DNA of 64,000 nt from Candidatus Bathyarchaeota archaeon (GTDB lineage: Archaea; Thermoproteota; Bathyarchaeia; TCS64). Below, one piece after another: positions 9,599 through 20,160 of the stretch (position 1 is its first letter; the number at the start of each line of letters is the position of its first letter). The notes beneath the pieces were generated by a model. That model saw only the letters and a list, made by a program, of their open reading frames with translations, had not been told where the DNA came from and ran no database searches. The stretch lies in assembly GCA_030739585.1 (NCBI GenBank), contig JASLYX010000005.1, forward strand, positions 14,804 to 78,803, given 5' to 3'. The translations under genes were made by a program, and so were the position numbers.

Positions 9599-10034
9599 CC
9601 CAGCTATAAAGCCGTTAGGCTGAGGATGGGGATCCTACGTCTCTCTGATCTACCCAGAGGAACTCTCTAATCGCCTGGTCTGCCTCCTCTGAAAATAGCA
9701 CAAACTCATCCTCATTTTTGTATCCTGTTGGCCTCTCCTGGACCTTTAGAGTGATTTCCTGGGAGACCCCCTTGACTCATGCGTAATACAAAAGCCCATA
9801 GTAGATATCCGAGAATAAACTTATTTCTCTCATTAAGTTCTCCCTAGTCTTCATCTCAACGAGAACGTACCCCCTGAGCCCAATCCTATTGATGACATCC
9901 GTTGAGTAGCTGATTTTCCTTGCGTTGTTAAAGTCCTGAACTGCTTCTCTAAGTCACTGTAGTAACTTCTCGCCCTTAGCAATTGAAGTTAGATGATCTC
10001 TTGAAATTAAACTAATTAACTGACATTGGTTTTT

Positions 10035-10898
10035 TCAGCTCGTCTGTGTGCCGATTTTCTTGCTCTCCTTTTTCTGGGTCAAAAACCTCCTTGACGCCAG
10101 GAGCCCTTTTTTGATGGCCTTCCTCTCTGGGTCCGGGCTGATCCTCTGGAGGATCTGTATGGTGAGCTCATAGAGAATATAGAAGGGGACGCTCATCAGG
10201 AGCATGGTGAAGGGAGTAGGGTCTGGTGTTAATATTGCTGTAAGGATTAGGAGCCCCGTAAAGATCCCCTTTCTGTTATTCTTGAGAGTCTCAACCTCTA
10301 AGAGGTCCGCCTTCACTAGCAACCAGATGATCACGGGAAAAGTGTAGAAACTCCCAGATCCTAGGATCCCGAAGGCCACCATATCATAGAAATCCTTAAC
10401 CGCAAAGATTGGGAGAACCCTGCTCTGACTCACAAAATTATACAGCACATTGAACGTCGTGGGGAGGAGGAAGCACCATGCATAGGTGGCTCCCACTCCA
10501 AAGAGGAGTAAAACGACAAAGACGAACGAGAAAATCCCCCTCTTTTCGAATTCGTAGAGGGCGGGGTTGACGAACTTGAAAAGTTCCCAGGAGAGGTAGG
10601 GCAGAGTGACTAGAAAAGCGATAGTAAAGGCGACAAGGAAATAGATGTAGAATGGGTCGAGCCAGTTAAACGCGATGAGCTCAACTTCCCTGGGAAGCAG
10701 GGAATCCTGAATGATCTCAAGGACCCTGCTGATGAGAGGTTGGTAACCAGAGAAGTTTAGCTTAAGGATGCGCGTTAGGTCAGCGGGCGCCGACATTATG
10801 ACGAAGGTCACTATGGCGAGAGCGGTGAGGGCCCTCCGGAGGCGCGTTGCTAGCTCCTCGAGATGACCCCAGATGGACTGCTTTTGGTTGATGTTCAT
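10035..10898 (-). CDS. tatC: twin-arginine translocase subunit TatC
   Basis: HLEELRRRL-type N-terminus, six predicted TM helices and a PDPTPFT motif. Confidence 0.8.
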   Translation of the reverse strand: MNINQKQSIWGHLEELATRLRRALTALAIVTFVIMSAPADLTRILKLNFSGYQPLISRVLEIIQDSLLPREVELIAFNWLDPFYIYFLVAFTIAFLVTLPYLSWELFKFVNPALYEFEKRGIFSFVFVVLLLFGVGATYAWCFLLPTTFNVLYNFVSQSRVLPIFAVKDFYDMVAFGILGSGSFYTFPVIIWLLVKADLLEVETLKNNRKGIFTGLLILTAILTPDPTPFTMLLMSVPFYILYELTIQILQRISPDPERKAIKKGLLASRRFLTQKKESKKIGTQTS

Positions 10899-10914
10899 CT
10901 ACACTCCGGGGAGG

Positions 10915-11214
10915 CTAAGCCTCCTTTTTATCAGTAGATTTCACGATGTCCTGAGCGATCTCGGAGACGCTCCTGCCTTCCGTCTCGATGCCCAGCTTCT
11001 TGGCCGCCTCGAGAATCGCATCACGGTCCTCATCGTCCTTGTCCTTAACTTTTGCCTTGACATACTTTGCGGGCTCCCTAGTGGCGTCTGTATACTCTCT
11101 CACCGCAGAGCCCATAGAGCGGGCCAGCTCGGGGAGCTTCTTCCCGCCAAAGAGCAGGAGAATAATGAAAAGGATAATAATTAGCTCCGAGGGTCCAGTC
11201 CTACCAAACGGCAT
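10915..11214 (-). CDS. tatA: twin-arginine translocase subunit TatA/E
   Basis: GPSELIIILFIILLLFGGKKLPELARSMG matches the TatA signature. Confidence 0.85.
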   Translation of the reverse strand: MPFGRTGPSELIIILFIILLLFGGKKLPELARSMGSAVREYTDATREPAKYVKAKVKDKDDEDRDAILEAAKKLGIETEGRSVSEIAQDIVKSTDKKEA

Positions 11215-11454
11215 TGTAAATTAACTTCCCTTCAGAGGTATGATAAAAACCTTGCCGATATAAGCTTGCGGTTTATACTTACAAGTTTCCAGACGAGATT
11301 TTTCCTATAATAACCGCTAGGTCCGACCAAAATTAATCCAAAACAACTTTCAAAAAATTGTGACTGATTTTTATAAATTGTAAGTGACTAAAGCCTTTTC
11401 CTCTAAGATTGAAATATGAAACTCGTTTTTTCGCGATTTGTAGGGGAAAACGAT

Positions 11455-11478
11455 AGGTGAAAAATTTAAAAAGGTCAG
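11455..11478 (+). promoter_or_regulatory. candidate BRE/TATA promoter for the nuo operon
   Basis: The AT-rich box gaaaaatttaaaaagg lies ~30 nt upstream of the nuoA start region, and a GGGGAGTGA ribosome-binding site sits just before the start codon. Confidence 0.4.
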
Positions 11479-11499
11479 TATATGATTAAAGGGGAGTGA

Positions 11500-11874
11500 T
11501 TGGCGATGTTATATTTAGGTGATCATGTTGCGTTTTGGATCTTCACAATCACTGAGATCGGGTTTCTTGTCTCTTCCATAGTACTCGCCTGGGTGATAGG
11601 TCCAAAGCAACCTAACAAGATTAAGGCAACGATTTTTGAATGCGGACAGGACCCAATTGGAGCTGCAAAGGACTATAAGATTCTCGGGATAACCCGATAC
11701 TTTGGGTACGCCGTGGTCTTCTTTGCTCTAGACGCCTTCGCCTGGGTGACCTTGACCGCTGCGATGTCCATAAACTTCACCTTTGATACGATTGCCATAG
11801 TCTCTGTATACGTATTTATAATCCTAGTAGGGGTCGGCTATTTCCTATCCGAGCTAAAGAAATTGGTGAGATGA
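11500..11874 (+). CDS. nuoA: NADH-quinone oxidoreductase subunit A
   Basis: Three TM helices and an ECGQDP motif. Confidence 0.8.
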   Translation: MAMLYLGDHVAFWIFTITEIGFLVSSIVLAWVIGPKQPNKIKATIFECGQDPIGAAKDYKILGITRYFGYAVVFFALDAFAWVTLTAAMSINFTFDTIAIVSVYVFIILVGVGYFLSELKKLVR

Positions 11875-11875
11875 A

Positions 11876-12385
11876 TTGACAGAAGATTCCATAGAGCTGA
11901 AGAGAGCTCTCGACTGGGTCCCTGGCTCCGGCAGTGTCTATAATATCGTCGATTATCTTGCCGGGTGGGCCCGAAAATACTCTATTTGGCCCATACATTT
12001 AGTGACTGGGTGTTGTGGTCCTGAGTTCATGCAGACCTCCGGGGTGGAGTATGACATGGAGCGGCTTGGAATCCTTCCCTTCGCTAGTGTCCGCCAGTGT
12101 GACTGCATTATGGTGGTCGGTGTTGTTTCCAGAAAAATGGCTATACGTGTAAAGTACCTTTACGAGCAGATGGGGGAACCAAAATATGTTGTCTCAGTTG
12201 GAGCTTGCCCAACGGGAAAGGGGCCTTTCTACGACTCCTATGGGGCCGTCAAAGTCGACGAGTACGTCCCAGTGGATATTTATATACCAGGATGTCCGCC
12301 GCGCCCTGAAGCCATAATCCACGGAATGATGCTCCTCCAAGAGAAGATCAAGAACGAAAAGAGGATCGGTGTCAAGGTTGAATGA
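11876..12385 (+). CDS. nuoB: NADH-quinone oxidoreductase subunit B
   Basis: CCGPEFMQ...GCPPRPE cluster N2 ligand motifs. Confidence 0.9.
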   Translation: MTEDSIELKRALDWVPGSGSVYNIVDYLAGWARKYSIWPIHLVTGCCGPEFMQTSGVEYDMERLGILPFASVRQCDCIMVVGVVSRKMAIRVKYLYEQMGEPKYVVSVGACPTGKGPFYDSYGAVKVDEYVPVDIYIPGCPPRPEAIIHGMMLLQEKIKNEKRIGVKVE

Positions 12386-12839
12386 GGCGGAGCTCGTTGA
12401 TGCGATATTAACCTCCTATTCTGAGAGCATCAAGTCGGCTTCTGTTCTCCGGACCAGAAGGGTATCTGTTGTCGTAAAGAAGGAGACGATCTTGGAACTG
12501 GCTGAGGCTCTGAGGGATGAATATGGCTTTAAAACTCCCTCCGGCGCAGGAGGAGTAGACTACAACAGGGAGAACCGGATGCAGATGGTTTACTACCTGT
12601 TTAACCCAGATACTAAGATCACACTAACCTACAAGGTTGACCTACCCAGAGACAACCCGAGTCTCCCTAGCCTTACAGGGGTTTGGGAGGCGATGAGTTT
12701 CCATGAGAGAGAGGCCCACGAGATGTTTGGCATAGAGTTCGAGGGCCACGAAAATATGATTCCTCTCCTAATCTCCCCAGATTGGAGAGGGGGTTATCCG
12801 CTTAGGAAGGATTTCACGGGGGAGGCGCCTGCGGAGTGA
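12369..12839 (+). CDS. nuoC: NADH-quinone oxidoreductase subunit C
   Basis: 30-kDa-subunit-like sequence in operon position; GTG start. Confidence 0.75.
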   Translation: MSRLNEAELVDAILTSYSESIKSASVLRTRRVSVVVKKETILELAEALRDEYGFKTPSGAGGVDYNRENRMQMVYYLFNPDTKITLTYKVDLPRDNPSLPSLTGVWEAMSFHEREAHEMFGIEFEGHENMIPLLISPDWRGGYPLRKDFTGEAPAE

Positions 12840-13951
12840 GCGAGCCTGTTATTACTCCCGACATCATGCGGATAAGCTGGGGGCCTCAGCACCCCATGAG
12901 TGGCCAGACCCGGCTCATTCTTGATCTAGATGGGGAAAAGATCCACAAGATTACCGCTGACCTAGGCTTTACCCACAGGGGTATAGAAAAGACTCTGGAA
13001 AACCGGACCTTCCTTAAAGGAATCGTTCCTATCGAAAGGATGGCGATGATCGATACTCCGAACATCGGCATCGGATATGTCATGGCAACCGAGGAAGTCC
13101 TCGGCATTGATGTCCCTGAGAGGGCCAACTGGATCAGGAGTCTCGTCTGCGAGATGTCCCGGATCAGCAGTCACCTTTATGCCTTTGGATTACAGGTCGA
13201 AGCTACGGGGTTCTTCCCTGCAGTCTTCCTCTGGACCACCGCGGACAGGGTTCTCTTACTGGACCTCTTAGAGGAGCTCACGGGGGCTCGTTTCAGCTAT
13301 AACTTTTTCCTCCCTGGTGGAGTGATGAAGGATATCCCAGAGGGATTTACTAACAGAATTATAGAGATCGTCAATTATCTCAGGAGACGATTCACTGACT
13401 ACTGGGCTGCGATGGTTGAGAACGAGATCTTTGAGAAACGTTGCAAAGGCGTCGGCGTATTGACGCCTAAAGATGCGATCCGATTAGGAGCATGTGGTCC
13501 CGTTGTGAGGGGATCGGGTTTACCTATTGACGTTAGGAAGGATGAACCATATGCGGCCTACGGAGACCTAGATTTTGATATTGTCACCGAGTCCGCGTGT
13601 GACGTCATGGCCAGGACTAAAGTAAGGTTCCGGGAGATCGGTGAGTCCTTAAAAATTATGGAGCAGATCGCCAATGAGATCCCGGGCGGCCCCATCCGGA
13701 CCAGATTCCCCCTATTCACACGTTCCCGGCCGGGGGAATCCTATAGTAGGGTTGAGACAAGCCGGGGAGAGATGGGGATCCACATGTTAACCAATGTTGG
13801 TATGAATCCCTATAGGGTTAAGATCAACTCCCCGTCTTTGAGACATATGTATGTATTTGAAAGACTGTGTGAGCTGGACCGGATGACCATGGCCGATGTC
13901 CCGGTCGTGGTAAACTCGCTTGATATTTGGTACCTAGACGTGGATAGGTGA
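12836..13951 (+). CDS. nuoD: NADH-quinone oxidoreductase subunit D
   Basis: 49-kDa-subunit / NiFe-hydrogenase large-subunit-like sequence (WGPQHPMSGQTRLILDLDGE); GTGA overlap with nuoC. Confidence 0.85.
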   Translation: MSEPVITPDIMRISWGPQHPMSGQTRLILDLDGEKIHKITADLGFTHRGIEKTLENRTFLKGIVPIERMAMIDTPNIGIGYVMATEEVLGIDVPERANWIRSLVCEMSRISSHLYAFGLQVEATGFFPAVFLWTTADRVLLLDLLEELTGARFSYNFFLPGGVMKDIPEGFTNRIIEIVNYLRRRFTDYWAAMVENEIFEKRCKGVGVLTPKDAIRLGACGPVVRGSGLPIDVRKDEPYAAYGDLDFDIVTESACDVMARTKVRFREIGESLKIMEQIANEIPGGPIRTRFPLFTRSRPGESYSRVETSRGEMGIHMLTNVGMNPYRVKINSPSLRHMYVFERLCELDRMTMADVPVVVNSLDIWYLDVDR

Positions 13952-14985
13952 TGATGGTGAATATTATCCAATCTCTTTTGAATTTCGTCGTTGAATTCCT
14001 AACCTTCAATGCTAAACCTCTTCTCCAGATCTACGTTTTACCCGGTCTTGCTTTCATTCTATTATTCGGGGTTGTTGCTGTCTGGTTTGAGAGAAAATTT
14101 CTCGCCAGAGCAATGCTCAGGGTGGGCCCTTATTACTGCGGTGGACGGTCTGGAGTGTTACAGCTGATTGCGGACTTTGTCAAGTTATTATTGAAGGAAA
14201 TCATCGTCCCCAAAGACATGAACTTTTTCTTCTTTGCAATTATGCCGGTTTTGATCGCAACGATACCAAGCTTAGCCATCTTATTAATCCCTTTTGATGT
14301 GAACTGGGTCCTATGGAATATAGGTGGCTTGGGATTACCCATGTTCTTCGCCATCGCGGGGGTTGCTCCATTGATCCCAGTCTTAGCGGGATGGGCTTCG
14401 AATAACAAATACAGTTTCATAGGGGCCTTTAGGGTCGCCTATATGTACATCAGCGCGGAGATCCCTTTGGTTCTATGTGGGGCTGCGGTCGCCATCATGG
14501 CTGGTAGCTTTAACCTAGTAAAGATTGTCCAAGCTCAGCAGAATCTGTGGTTTGCGGTGCCCCAATTCATAGGTTTTGTAATCTTTTTCCTTGGCGTCAT
14601 TATCGAGTCTGAGAGGGCACCTTTCGACATCCCTGTTGCCGAGACGGAAATAGTCTTCGGATGGAGGACAGAGTATAGCGGAATCCTTTTCGGTTTCACT
14701 ATGTTGGCAGAGTACGTGATGTTCCAGGCTTGGACCCTACTTTTTGTAACTCTCTATCTGGGAGGGTTCAACGGCCCTGTCATCTTCGGCAGTGTTATGC
14801 TAAGCCACATTATCTGGATGCTGGTAAAGTTCTCTGTTGTCGTGATTGTCATAATCCTAATCAGATGCGTTTTTCCGAGGTACCGACTAGATCAGATGCT
14901 TGAGCTTGGTTGGAAATACCTTACGCCATTGGCGGTGCTCAACCTATTTTTTGTGCTGGCACTAAAACTGTGGGGGATCTACTGA
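13948..14985 (+). CDS. nuoH: NADH-quinone oxidoreductase subunit H
   Basis: Polytopic NuoH/ND1-like sequence in operon position. Confidence 0.8.
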   Translation: MMMVNIIQSLLNFVVEFLTFNAKPLLQIYVLPGLAFILLFGVVAVWFERKFLARAMLRVGPYYCGGRSGVLQLIADFVKLLLKEIIVPKDMNFFFFAIMPVLIATIPSLAILLIPFDVNWVLWNIGGLGLPMFFAIAGVAPLIPVLAGWASNNKYSFIGAFRVAYMYISAEIPLVLCGAAVAIMAGSFNLVKIVQAQQNLWFAVPQFIGFVIFFLGVIIESERAPFDIPVAETEIVFGWRTEYSGILFGFTMLAEYVMFQAWTLLFVTLYLGGFNGPVIFGSVMLSHIIWMLVKFSVVVIVIILIRCVFPRYRLDQMLELGWKYLTPLAVLNLFFVLALKLWGIY

Positions 14986-15455
14986 TGAAGCTATTCAAAA
15001 AAATAATCAAACCGTTCCTTACTGTGGCACCTTATGTGCTCAAGAACAGCCAGACCATCGCATACCCGACGGAGCGTCTCATATTCTCCCAACGGTTCCG
15101 TGGACGCCACAAGTTCTACTTCGAACGTTGTATCAGCTGCAACACATGCGTCCGGGTCTGCCCATGCAATTCAATTATTCTCGTCGAGGCGGACGGCCAT
15201 GAGGGAACGTATCCCCAGATCGACTATCAGACATGTAGTTCCTGTGGGTATTGCGTAGAATTTTGCCCAACGTTCGCCCTTGAGAATACCGATTTTGTGG
15301 AATTCTCTGTTAAGAATCGGGCTAACTTAGTTTACTCTCCGGAGATGCTCACTGAGGTCCCCGACCTCAAGGAGGTCCTTCCGAGACTCAAAAGGAGGAC
15401 AAAGAGGTATATGACGAAGACAGAGGTCAAATACAAGAAGGTGAGCGACGAGTGA
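14985..15455 (+). CDS. nuoI: NADH-quinone oxidoreductase subunit I (2x[4Fe-4S])
   Basis: [13 protein letters not shown] and [12 protein letters not shown] motifs; the ATG overlaps the nuoH TGA as TGATG. Confidence 0.85.
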   Translation: MKLFKKIIKPFLTVAPYVLKNSQTIAYPTERLIFSQRFRGRHKFYFERCISCNTCVRVCPCNSIILVEADGHEGTYPQIDYQTCSSCGYCVEFCPTFALENTDFVEFSVKNRANLVYSPEMLTEVPDLKEVLPRLKRRTKRYMTKTEVKYKKVSDE

Positions 15456-15712
15456 TAGAACTCCTTCTCGTCCTGGTACTTACAGTTATCAGTGCTGGGC
15501 TGTCAGTGACGATGCCCAATATTGTGTATGGAGTCTTCTTCCTATTATGCACCAATGTTGCCCTCGCAATTGCCTATTATATTCTAGGGGCACCCACTGT
15601 GGCTCTGTTTCAACTCGCGATCTTTGCAGGAGCTATTGTGGTCTTCTTCATTATCACAGTGATGCTCACAAAGTCTGGCGATATGGAGATAACCGAGGAG
15701 GTTGAGGCATGA
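15452..15712 (+). CDS. nuoJ: NADH-quinone oxidoreductase subunit J, N-terminal part (split NuoJ)
   Basis: 86 aa with two TM helices that resemble the NuoJ N-terminus. Confidence 0.6.
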   Translation: MIELLLVLVLTVISAGLSVTMPNIVYGVFFLLCTNVALAIAYYILGAPTVALFQLAIFAGAIVVFFIITVMLTKSGDMEITEEVEA

Positions 15713-15996
15713 GTGACCTCTGGGAAAAGTACGGGATGACCATATCCGTTATCATCTTCCTCTCAGGTGTTTTTGCAACCTATATGTTCAACGACGCTCT
15801 GAGCTTCCCAGCTTTCGAATACCGATCCTCGGAATCGAGCCTAATTCCTATAGAACCCTATGATGATATCGCAGAGTTGTCTAGTCGTTTCATGTGGGAG
15901 AACCGTGCCCTCGACCTTATAGGTCAGGCTTTCGTCATCACGGCTTCAGTGATCTGCTGCTTGACATTGCTTAAGCCAGAGGAGGTTGAGCTTTGA
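15709..15996 (+). CDS. small membrane protein, possibly the C-terminal part of a split NuoJ
   Basis: 95 aa; ATGA overlap with the preceding ORF; sits between nuoJ(N) and nuoK. Confidence 0.4.
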   Translation: MSDLWEKYGMTISVIIFLSGVFATYMFNDALSFPAFEYRSSESSLIPIEPYDDIAELSSRFMWENRALDLIGQAFVITASVICCLTLLKPEEVEL

Positions 15997-16307
15997 TGAC
16001 CCCCATTAATGCGCTCATTCTCACCACGATTCTGATGATCGTGGTCGGTCTAGGGTGCCTTATGTTCAAGAGGGATATGGTCAGGCTCCTCTTCGGGGTG
16101 GAAATCCTATTCAACGCTGCAAACCTGTTTTTTATTGCCTTAGCCACCCAGAACCCGGGCATGATCGATCCCTTTGCTCACTCCGTGGTTAACATGGCCA
16201 TCGTCCTTGATGGGACAGTAATCGCCGTCGGTCTCACGATGGTGCTCAACGTATACAAACATTACAAAACCATTGACATTAGGAAGCTGAGGCGGTTGAA
16301 ATGGTAG
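15993..16307 (+). CDS. nuoK: NADH-quinone oxidoreductase subunit K
   Basis: NuoK/ND4L-like, three TM helices, GVEILFNAANL motif. Confidence 0.85.
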   Translation: MMTPINALILTTILMIVVGLGCLMFKRDMVRLLFGVEILFNAANLFFIALATQNPGMIDPFAHSVVNMAIVLDGTVIAVGLTMVLNVYKHYKTIDIRKLRRLKW

Positions 16308-17818
16308 TAACAGATATGATATCCCAAGGATTCCATCTTCCCTTGCCTTTGGCACTCCTCCTTATCGGAGGCCTAGCCACACCCCTCATCGGTATGGCTG
16401 CTGAGAGGATCGGCTTTGCAAAGGTGCGGGAGGCTTGGATGGTGATCGTTTCTGCCGGCTCCCTGAGCTCGGTTTACCTTCTTTATCAAAAGGTCGCCGC
16501 AGCCGGGGGAGTTTTGATTGTAGCCATGTGGGGACAGACTCCTCCCCTTGGAGGAATCTTCGAAATAGACATGCTTAGTGTTTTTATGACGGCAAGCATC
16601 GGCTTCATAGGGCTCTTGGTTGCCGTATACTCTGTGAGCTACATGGAGAATGAGACTAGGCTCACAGAGTTCTATGCCCTGGTCATATTCATGATGGCCG
16701 GCATGACAGGCATTGTGTTGGCAGGGGACCTATTTACCCTGTTCGTTTTCTGGGAGCTGATGGGCCTCTCCAGCTACGTGCTGGTCGCCTTCCTGAAGCG
16801 CACCTGGGGGCCAATAGAGGCCGGTTTTAAATATCTCATAATGAGCGCAACAGCAGGAGCCTTCCTTATCCTCAGTATGGCTATCATTTACGGTATGACT
16901 GGATCCCTCAACTTCGCGGCCATAGCCAGCACCCTCAGAAACGCCCCGGCCTCACCATGGCTCGTAATCCTCTTTAGCACACTAATCGTAGGGTTTGGCG
17001 TAAAATCTGCAATAGTCCCCCTCCATACCTGGCTGCCGGATGCCCACCCAGAGGCCCCCAGCCCTATCAGTGCATTATTGTCCGGAATAGTCATTGAGAC
17101 GGGTCTATATGCCCTCACTAGAGTCCTGTTTCTAGCATTTAATCCTAGTTTATTCAAATTTCCCATCGCTTTCCTTGCAGTTATCACCATGACCCTAGCC
17201 AACGTCATGGCGCTCCGCCAGACTGACCTCAAGCGTCTTCTAGCCTACTCCAGCATCGCTCAGGTTGGATACATGCTCGTCGGTCTGGCCGCAGGGACTG
17301 CCTACGGCGTAATGGGACTCCTGCTCCACGTATTCAACCACTCAATAATGAAGGGAATGGCTTTCCTCGCCACGGGATCCCTAGTCCACGAGGCTGGCAC
17401 CCGGGACATCGAGAGCTTGAGGGGAGTGGGGAAGATGATGCCCTTGACCTCCGTCAGCCTCTTCATCGCGTTACTAGGTCTTGGAGGCGTCCCAGGTACC
17501 AACGGCTTTATCAGTAAATACCACCTCTTCAGCGCCGCCTTCGGCTCAGGCCTGGGATGGCTGGGGATTATTGGAGTCCTGAACAGCGCCCTGAGCATGG
17601 CATACTACATTAGGGTCATGCAGGTTCTCCTGGGTACGCCCAGAGAGACCTTAAAGGTCCATGAGGCGCCGCTCTTGATGGTGGGCGTGACTGTTATAAT
17701 GACTCTCATCATAGTCCTCCACGGCATCTGGCCTGCCCACATCATCAACTTTGCGGCTACTGCCTCCGATTCCCTAGTTAATGGGCTCTCCACATTTATC
17801 GCGGCGGTGTTAGGCTGA
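16301..17818 (+). CDS. NuoN/NuoM-like antiporter-type subunit
   Basis: HTWLPDAHPEAPSPISALLSG motif of Mrp-antiporter-like complex I subunits; 505 aa. Confidence 0.75.
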   Translation: MVVTDMISQGFHLPLPLALLLIGGLATPLIGMAAERIGFAKVREAWMVIVSAGSLSSVYLLYQKVAAAGGVLIVAMWGQTPPLGGIFEIDMLSVFMTASIGFIGLLVAVYSVSYMENETRLTEFYALVIFMMAGMTGIVLAGDLFTLFVFWELMGLSSYVLVAFLKRTWGPIEAGFKYLIMSATAGAFLILSMAIIYGMTGSLNFAAIASTLRNAPASPWLVILFSTLIVGFGVKSAIVPLHTWLPDAHPEAPSPISALLSGIVIETGLYALTRVLFLAFNPSLFKFPIAFLAVITMTLANVMALRQTDLKRLLAYSSIAQVGYMLVGLAAGTAYGVMGLLLHVFNHSIMKGMAFLATGSLVHEAGTRDIESLRGVGKMMPLTSVSLFIALLGLGGVPGTNGFISKYHLFSAAFGSGLGWLGIIGVLNSALSMAYYIRVMQVLLGTPRETLKVHEAPLLMVGVTVIMTLIIVLHGIWPAHIINFAATASDSLVNGLSTFIAAVLG

Positions 17819-17885
17819 TGTTTTACGAAAACACTTTTAATTGGATACAAAAAATGGTAGGAAATATGATGGGAGGACAAATGTG

Positions 17886-20156
17886 ATGAATCCTGTCGCA
17901 GCGTTGACTCCACTTGAAACTCTCCTAAAATACCCAGGTCCATGGCTTGCCTGGATCCTCCCCATGATCGGCGCCTTAACTATGCCCCTCTTCGGGAGAC
18001 TGGGTGATAAGATAAGGGACTACGCGGCCGTTGCTTGGGGCCTAACATCGGTCGTGTCGGCGGCATCCATGATCCCGTGGTTGTTCACTGGCAACTGGCC
18101 CGGAGACATCAAATTGACGACTTGGATTACCTTCCCAGGCGGAAATCCCTTATCTGTCGGAGTTTTGGTAGACCCGTTAAGCATAATTATTACCAATGTG
18201 GTCGCGTTCATCTCGTTTCTTATCCTTGTCTATTCAACAGAATACATGCAGGGAGACAAGCATCTCACGAGGTTTTGGTTCTTCTTCCTCTATTTCGTCG
18301 GGAGCATGCTTCTGCTCGTCCTATCCGATAATCTCATCCAGACTATGCTTGGCTGGGAAGGAGTCGGCATCTGCAGCTATGGCCTTATTGGCTACTACTT
18401 TAGGGATGCAAAGAATCGGTGGCTCGGTGGACCACCACCTCACAAGATGTTTCCGCCGTCTCATGCCGGTATGAAGGCATTCGTGGTGACGGGAATCGGG
18501 GATGTTTTCATCCTGGGAGCAATATTCGTCATCTTCAACTACGCCGGCACTCTGAACTATGTGGAGCTTATCGAGACCGCACACGTATGGCTACCCCAAA
18601 TCGCTGCTGTTCCTGGCCTACTCGCCATCACGGCGATCTTTTTCCTCGCTGGCCCCATCGGTAAGTCTGCCCAATTCCCCTTTCATGAATGGCTACCCGA
18701 GGCTATGGCAGGTCCCACCTCTGTTTCCGCCCTAATCCATGCGGCCACAATGGTAAAGGCTGGAGTCTACCTCGTCGCTAGGATGTCTCCAATATTCTAC
18801 TTGGGCACCTGGGAGATGCATATTCCCGAGGCCCAGGTGTTCTTCATAGTAATAGCAATCGTAGGGGCATTCACCACCTTCATGGCTGCCTCTCAGGCAC
18901 TCGTCTCCGTTGAGTTGAAAAAGATCCTAGCATACTCAACGGTGAGCCAGATCGGCTATATGATGCTGGCCCTCGGAATATCAGGCCTGAGCGAGGGTGC
19001 ATATGTAGCCGGTATAACGGCGGGGGTCTTCCACCTGATGAGCCACGCCCTTTTCAAGGCAGCTCTCTTTCTTGGCGCCGGATCCGTCATCCATGCGATA
19101 CATACTATCTACACCTTCAACATGGGTGGTCTCAAAAAATATATGCCCATCACGTTCATCTTGATGATCATCGCGACCGCATCCCTGGCCGGGGTCCCGC
19201 CACTGAGCGGGTTCTGGAGCAAGGACGCCGTCTTCATTTCAGCTTTGATCGCCAACACGCCCTTATCGCGGACTTTGCTGGTCGTTGGAGCCATAAGCGC
19301 TGCGATGACCTTACTCTATAGTATCAGGTACATGATGATCACTTTCGCCGGCGTCGAGAGCAAACACATTAAGGATATGAAGCATCACGGCCACGAGCCC
19401 CACGAGGCTCCGAAGATCATGTGGGTGCCCATTGCCATCCTTGTCGGCCTCGTTTGCGTTGTTGGGCTCTTGGGTTTAATCGGTTTCTTCGTGCCAAGCT
19501 TGTCCCCCGAGCTTTTCATTGAGCATCAGATCGATAATATGCTCCATCACATGGAGATACCCCTTCACACCCACCACCTAGAGTTCACGACCACTCTGAC
19601 CGCCTGGGGCACTTCAGCGGCGATGCTCCTAATAGGTCTAATCCTAGGCTGGATCTTCTATCTTTCAAGGAAAAAGGACTCTTGGGCGTTTGTATCAGGG
19701 AATCCCGTCCTCCGTCCCCTTCACACATTCTTCTTCAATCGATGGTACATGAATTCCGCCTACTACGCCGTGTTCGTCTATGGACTTATTGACTTTGCGA
19801 AGGTGGTCTATGCAAGCCTTGAGAGCCTGGTCTTCGACAAGATTGGCACTTTCATAAGCGGTTCAATGATTGAATTCGGTAAGGTGCTCAACGTATTTGA
19901 GACAAAAGTCTATGTCCCAGGGATAAACCAAGACCTTGTCAACGTCTTCGTGAAGGGCAGCAACACTATGTACGATAACTTGGAAAATCTAATAGACATG
20001 GTTTTCAACCGTGCTGTCCCATCCGCTATGACCGGATTCCATAATCGAGTTAAGAAACTCCAGTCCGGAGTCTTATCTCACAACATTATATACATGGTGA
20101 TCCTATTCCTAGTTCTGATTCTAGGATTCGGATTATCTCTAATGAATGGAGGATAA
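17886..20156 (+). CDS. nuoL: NADH-quinone oxidoreductase subunit L (long antiporter-like subunit with C-terminal extension)
   Basis: HEWLPEAMAGPTSVSALIHAATMVKAGVYL signature, with an extended C-terminus. The start is placed at the ATG at 17886, which follows a GGGAGG ribosome-binding site. Confidence 0.8.
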   Translation: MNPVAALTPLETLLKYPGPWLAWILPMIGALTMPLFGRLGDKIRDYAAVAWGLTSVVSAASMIPWLFTGNWPGDIKLTTWITFPGGNPLSVGVLVDPLSIIITNVVAFISFLILVYSTEYMQGDKHLTRFWFFFLYFVGSMLLLVLSDNLIQTMLGWEGVGICSYGLIGYYFRDAKNRWLGGPPPHKMFPPSHAGMKAFVVTGIGDVFILGAIFVIFNYAGTLNYVELIETAHVWLPQIAAVPGLLAITAIFFLAGPIGKSAQFPFHEWLPEAMAGPTSVSALIHAATMVKAGVYLVARMSPIFYLGTWEMHIPEAQVFFIVIAIVGAFTTFMAASQALVSVELKKILAYSTVSQIGYMMLALGISGLSEGAYVAGITAGVFHLMSHALFKAALFLGAGSVIHAIHTIYTFNMGGLKKYMPITFILMIIATASLAGVPPLSGFWSKDAVFISALIANTPLSRTLLVVGAISAAMTLLYSIRYMMITFAGVESKHIKDMKHHGHEPHEAPKIMWVPIAILVGLVCVVGLLGLIGFFVPSLSPELFIEHQIDNMLHHMEIPLHTHHLEFTTTLTAWGTSAAMLLIGLILGWIFYLSRKKDSWAFVSGNPVLRPLHTFFFNRWYMNSAYYAVFVYGLIDFAKVVYASLESLVFDKIGTFISGSMIEFGKVLNVFETKVYVPGINQDLVNVFVKGSNTMYDNLENLIDMVFNRAVPSAMTGFHNRVKKLQSGVLSHNIIYMVILFLVLILGFGLSLMNGG

Positions 20157-20160
20157 TGAA

